DNA of 55,205 bases, from NCBI GenBank assembly GCA_964373835.1, contig CAYJWN010000003.1, positions 1 to 55,205 of the forward strand. Direction: 5' to 3'. Under the pieces are notes generated by a model. The model had not been told where the DNA came from. It saw nothing but the letters and a program-made list of their open reading frames with translations, and searched no databases. The DNA is from an uncultured Planctomycetales bacterium (GTDB lineage: Bacteria > Omnitrophota > Gorgyraeia > Aquiviventales > Aquiviventaceae). This document shows positions 52,760 to 55,205 of this stretch, one piece after another. Position 1 is the first letter of the stretch, and every line of letters begins with the position of its first letter. Both the position numbers and the translations under genes were made by a program.

Positions 52760-54151
52760 ATGGATTACATCCCTCGCTCGGTGCTTGACCGCGCGTTTGG
52801 CCGTCTCGGACGCCGCACCCTGCGCGACCGGCTGCACGCCATGCGCGCGCTGGCCGAGGTGCGGGGCGTCCGGTATCTCGATGACAGCGGGCGGCCCCGC
52901 ACGATTGAAATCGCGCTCAAGCCCTGGGTCCTGACAAGCGAGCAGCTGTGGTGTTTTCACCACATGGCCCAAGACCTTACCGGCGCGCTCCTGCGGGTGT
53001 CCCAGCTCTATGCCCAGATCCCCGCCATCCGGTCGGTCGTGCCGTTTGAGCCGGCGCGGGAAGCGTGGATGCGATTGACCACGCACCCTCGCAGCCATCC
53101 GCTCGCGGTGATCGGTCGGCTCGACTCGACGGCGATTTACGACCACGCCGGCTGGCAGCGCGCGTTCCGGATGCTGGAGCCCAACGCGGTCGGGGTGGGC
53201 GGCGTCCACTACGCGCCGACCAGCTGCTCGATCACCATGGATGTGGTCGGGGACGTGCTCATGGACGCCTTGCCGGGGCGCGCCATCACCGCAACCCCGG
53301 ATCCCAGGCAGCTGCTCGTCGATGAACTGCGCGCGGTCGCGCGGCGGCTGGGCCGTCCGCTGCGCGGCATCGCGCTGATTGAGAATACCGACTACACGAC
53401 CGGCACCGACGAGTTTCAAGAACTGGCGCGCTATCTCATCAGCCGCGGCCTGCGGGCGGTGGTGGTCGATCCGCGCGCGCTGCGCCTGTCGCGCGGACAG
53501 CTCCTGGTCGGGCGCACGCCGGTGGATCTGCTCTACCGCGACTCGGAGCTCGCGGAGTTCGTGGAGATGGAAGCCGGTGGCCATCGACTGACGGCGCTGC
53601 GTGAGGCGATTCGGCAGGGTCGGCTCATTTCAGGCCTGACCTGGGAATTCGATCAAAAATCGGCATGGGAGATTTTCACCGACCGGCGCTACGCTCGCCA
53701 TTTCACCGCGTCGCAGCGTCGGCTCTTCCGCAACCATCTCCTCTGGACGCGATTGGTCCGTGAGGACAAGGTATCTGATCCCGCCGGACGCCTGGTGGAT
53801 TTGCCGTCGTTCATTCGCCGCCACCGCGCGCGGCTGGTGCTGAAGCCCAACACGCTCTTCGGCGGGGAAGGGGTGGTCATTGGGCGCACCGTCAGCCAGC
53901 GCGCCTGGGAACAGGAGCTGCATCGGGCGCTGCGCGGCCGCAAGCGGTATGTCGTGCAGGCGCTGGCCAGGATCCCGTCAGACTATTTTCCATCGTTGGC
54001 CGATGGCGGCGTGCGATGGCACAAGCGGCACGTCGTCTCCGGCTTCTTCTTCAGCTCCTCAGGGATCGGCCTCATCGGGCGGTTCTCCGGCCGTCCCGTC
54101 GTGAACGTCTCGCAGGGCGGCGGCCTCATTCCTGCGCTCTGGGTGCATTAA
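52760..54151 (+). CDS. ATP-grasp superfamily amidoligase-like protein (glutathionylspermidine synthase / circularly permuted type)
   Basis: Pre-ATP-grasp-like GRLDSTAIYD...FRMLEPNAVGVGG and LVLKPNTLFGGEGVVIG. Divergent from tldD. -10 TATAAA at ~52744. Confidence 0.5.
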   Translation: MDYIPRSVLDRAFGRLGRRTLRDRLHAMRALAEVRGVRYLDDSGRPRTIEIALKPWVLTSEQLWCFHHMAQDLTGALLRVSQLYAQIPAIRSVVPFEPAREAWMRLTTHPRSHPLAVIGRLDSTAIYDHAGWQRAFRMLEPNAVGVGGVHYAPTSCSITMDVVGDVLMDALPGRAITATPDPRQLLVDELRAVARRLGRPLRGIALIENTDYTTGTDEFQELARYLISRGLRAVVVDPRALRLSRGQLLVGRTPVDLLYRDSELAEFVEMEAGGHRLTALREAIRQGRLISGLTWEFDQKSAWEIFTDRRYARHFTASQRRLFRNHLLWTRLVREDKVSDPAGRLVDLPSFIRRHRARLVLKPNTLFGGEGVVIGRTVSQRAWEQELHRALRGRKRYVVQALARIPSDYFPSLADGGVRWHKRHVVSGFFFSSSGIGLIGRFSGRPVVNVSQGGGLIPALWVH

Positions 54152-54152
54152 G

Positions 54153-54193
54153 TGCAGTGACTGGGTGACTGAGTGACTGCGTAACTGGGTGAC
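54153..54193. repeat. Tandem octamer TGGGTGAC x5 (single arm)
   Basis: tgcagtgac tgggtgac tgagtgac tgcgtaac tgggtgac, directly after the ATP-grasp stop. Confidence 0.75.
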
Positions 54194-54425
54194 TCCTGCT
54201 ACGATGAGACCATCAAAGAGACGGCCACGTAGGTTCCGGGCCGCTCTCCGTCGTGTCAACAAGCGGCATGGAAGGACCCTCCAATCTCTCGCCGGCTTTC
54301 AAGCGGAAGTAAGACGCCTTCTCATTCAGGATGAGAAGCTCCTGAGGCGGCCCACGGAGGAACGCCTCCGGAGTCCCCAGTTAGGACGGCACCGGTTTTC
54401 CGGGATGCTGACAGGGCAGGGCTGA
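54189..54425 (+). CDS. Hypothetical highly basic small protein
   Basis: 78-aa ORF (GTG 54189 or ATG 54204), about 25% Arg/Lys. No motif recognised. Confidence 0.25.
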   Translation: MTPATMRPSKRRPRRFRAALRRVNKRHGRTLQSLAGFQAEVRRLLIQDEKLLRRPTEERLRSPQLGRHRFSGMLTGQG

Positions 54426-54432
54426 TGCGTGA

Positions 54433-54765
54433 ATGATTCATTTACTAAGCCGACCCGCGGCCGCGCAGCAGATCAAGGAGATGCTCGAAGTCCACAGCTC
54501 CTACGTCAAGCTAGCCGTCGATATTCGGCGAGGCGTGTTGGCAGGCGGCGGCGAGTTTCACGCAGATTGTGAGGCGGTCCTCATTGAAGACGGCAGTCGG
54601 AAGGAAGATATCTGGGGTGCTGACTGGATTCCTGAGCAGAAGCAGGTTCGTTGCTCAGCCCTCATCAATATTCGACCTCGGCTGAATCCAGCGATGGAGA
54701 TCCAAGATCACACTACCCAGGCACGAGTCGAGGAGATCACCCGAACGCTGTTGGGACAGGCATGA
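54433..54765 (+). CDS. DUF5674-like small protein
   Basis: Pattern YVKLAVDIRRGVLAGGGEFHADCEAVLIEDGSRKEDIWGADW...INIRP resembles what I recall of DUF5674. Confidence 0.5.
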   Translation: MIHLLSRPAAAQQIKEMLEVHSSYVKLAVDIRRGVLAGGGEFHADCEAVLIEDGSRKEDIWGADWIPEQKQVRCSALINIRPRLNPAMEIQDHTTQARVEEITRTLLGQA

Positions 54766-55097
54766 AGGACGTGGCGGCGCTCAAAGCCCGTTACGAACAG
54801 GACGAGCCCGCGGTGCGGCTTGGGGGATTGGCGTCAAACCTCTCGCGGATCGCCTGGTTTGCCGACCAGGCGAAGCTGGCCCACGCCACGCCAGTCTTCA
54901 GGGAAAGCAAGTACTTTGCGGAGTGGGCCGCCCCAGGGTGCTCCGCGGACCTGCAGGGGTTGCTCGCAGAGCTTCAAGTTGAATTAGCCCTGTGGGAACG
55001 ACGCTGGGAACGTGGCAGCCAACCTTCACGAATAGCCCAAGACGCTCAACACTGGTCGGCCACATTACTCGAAGCCTCCGGGTTACTGAGCCGCTGA
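54762..55097 (+). CDS. Hypothetical helical protein
   Basis: ATG overlaps the preceding stop (ATGA). 111 aa, no motif recognised. Confidence 0.4.
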   Translation: MKDVAALKARYEQDEPAVRLGGLASNLSRIAWFADQAKLAHATPVFRESKYFAEWAAPGCSADLQGLLAELQVELALWERRWERGSQPSRIAQDAQHWSATLLEASGLLSR

Positions 55098-55099
55098 AA

Positions 55100-55205
55100 A
55101 TGGGCGAGAAGCTGGTATTGGATCTAGAGACGCAGCGGGATTTCAACGAGGTCGAGGGCCGCAAGCCGGAGCTGCTTGGCGTCTCGGTCGCGGGCATCTA
55201 CAGCT
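55100..55205 (+). CDS. Partial CDS, RNase H-like / DEDD 3'-5' exonuclease N-terminus
   Basis: MGEKLVLDLETQRDF...LLGVSVAGIY resembles an ExoI (DxE) motif. Truncated by the window end. Confidence 0.35.
   Translation, partial: MGEKLVLDLETQRDFNEVEGRKPELLGVSVAGIYS

Noticed and set aside
49812-53584. ORFs 49812-50771 (+) and 52664-53584 (-)
   Set aside because: They are antisense shadows of pmbA and of the ATP-grasp gene respectively.

Overview
High-GC (~63%) chromosomal segment from a diderm bacterium (BamA, Skp and lipid A genes present). The lineage cannot be assigned from the sequence alone. All functional calls come from reading motifs in the supplied translations, with no database search, and many start codons are approximate. 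Most of the window is housekeeping. The + strand carries rpiB-glyA, nrdR, hisG, a split transketolase, ispE, tRNA-Gln, glmU-prs-rplY-pth, rpsF-ssb-rpsR-rplI-dnaB, bamA-skp-lpxC/fabZ-lpxA-lpxI, glpK-glpD, an ECF sigma/anti-sigma/VIT-vWA cluster and cca. The - strand carries a tldD-pmbA-PHP-hydrolase-ispH operon. Three things stand out. (1) Most gene boundaries carry a hairpin whose two arms are tandem heptanucleotide repeats. The unit sequence differs between elements, but a few families recur, and several elements are read in frame as protein termini, including signal peptides. Two elements share 20-nt terminal inverted repeats, and one forms a ~470-bp composite palindrome. (2) A canonical GEMM-I (c-di-GMP-I) riboswitch precedes an orphan PilX-N-domain protein. 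A much larger leader with the same signature motifs, an identical 26-nt hairpin tip and its own terminator precedes a stand-alone response regulator. (3) There are small accessory or low-GC cassettes: nucleotidyltransferase modules (one decayed), a HAMP/pseudopilin/HAMP triad, and an ATP-grasp plus DUF5674-like cluster. No CRISPR array, rRNA or transposase was seen.
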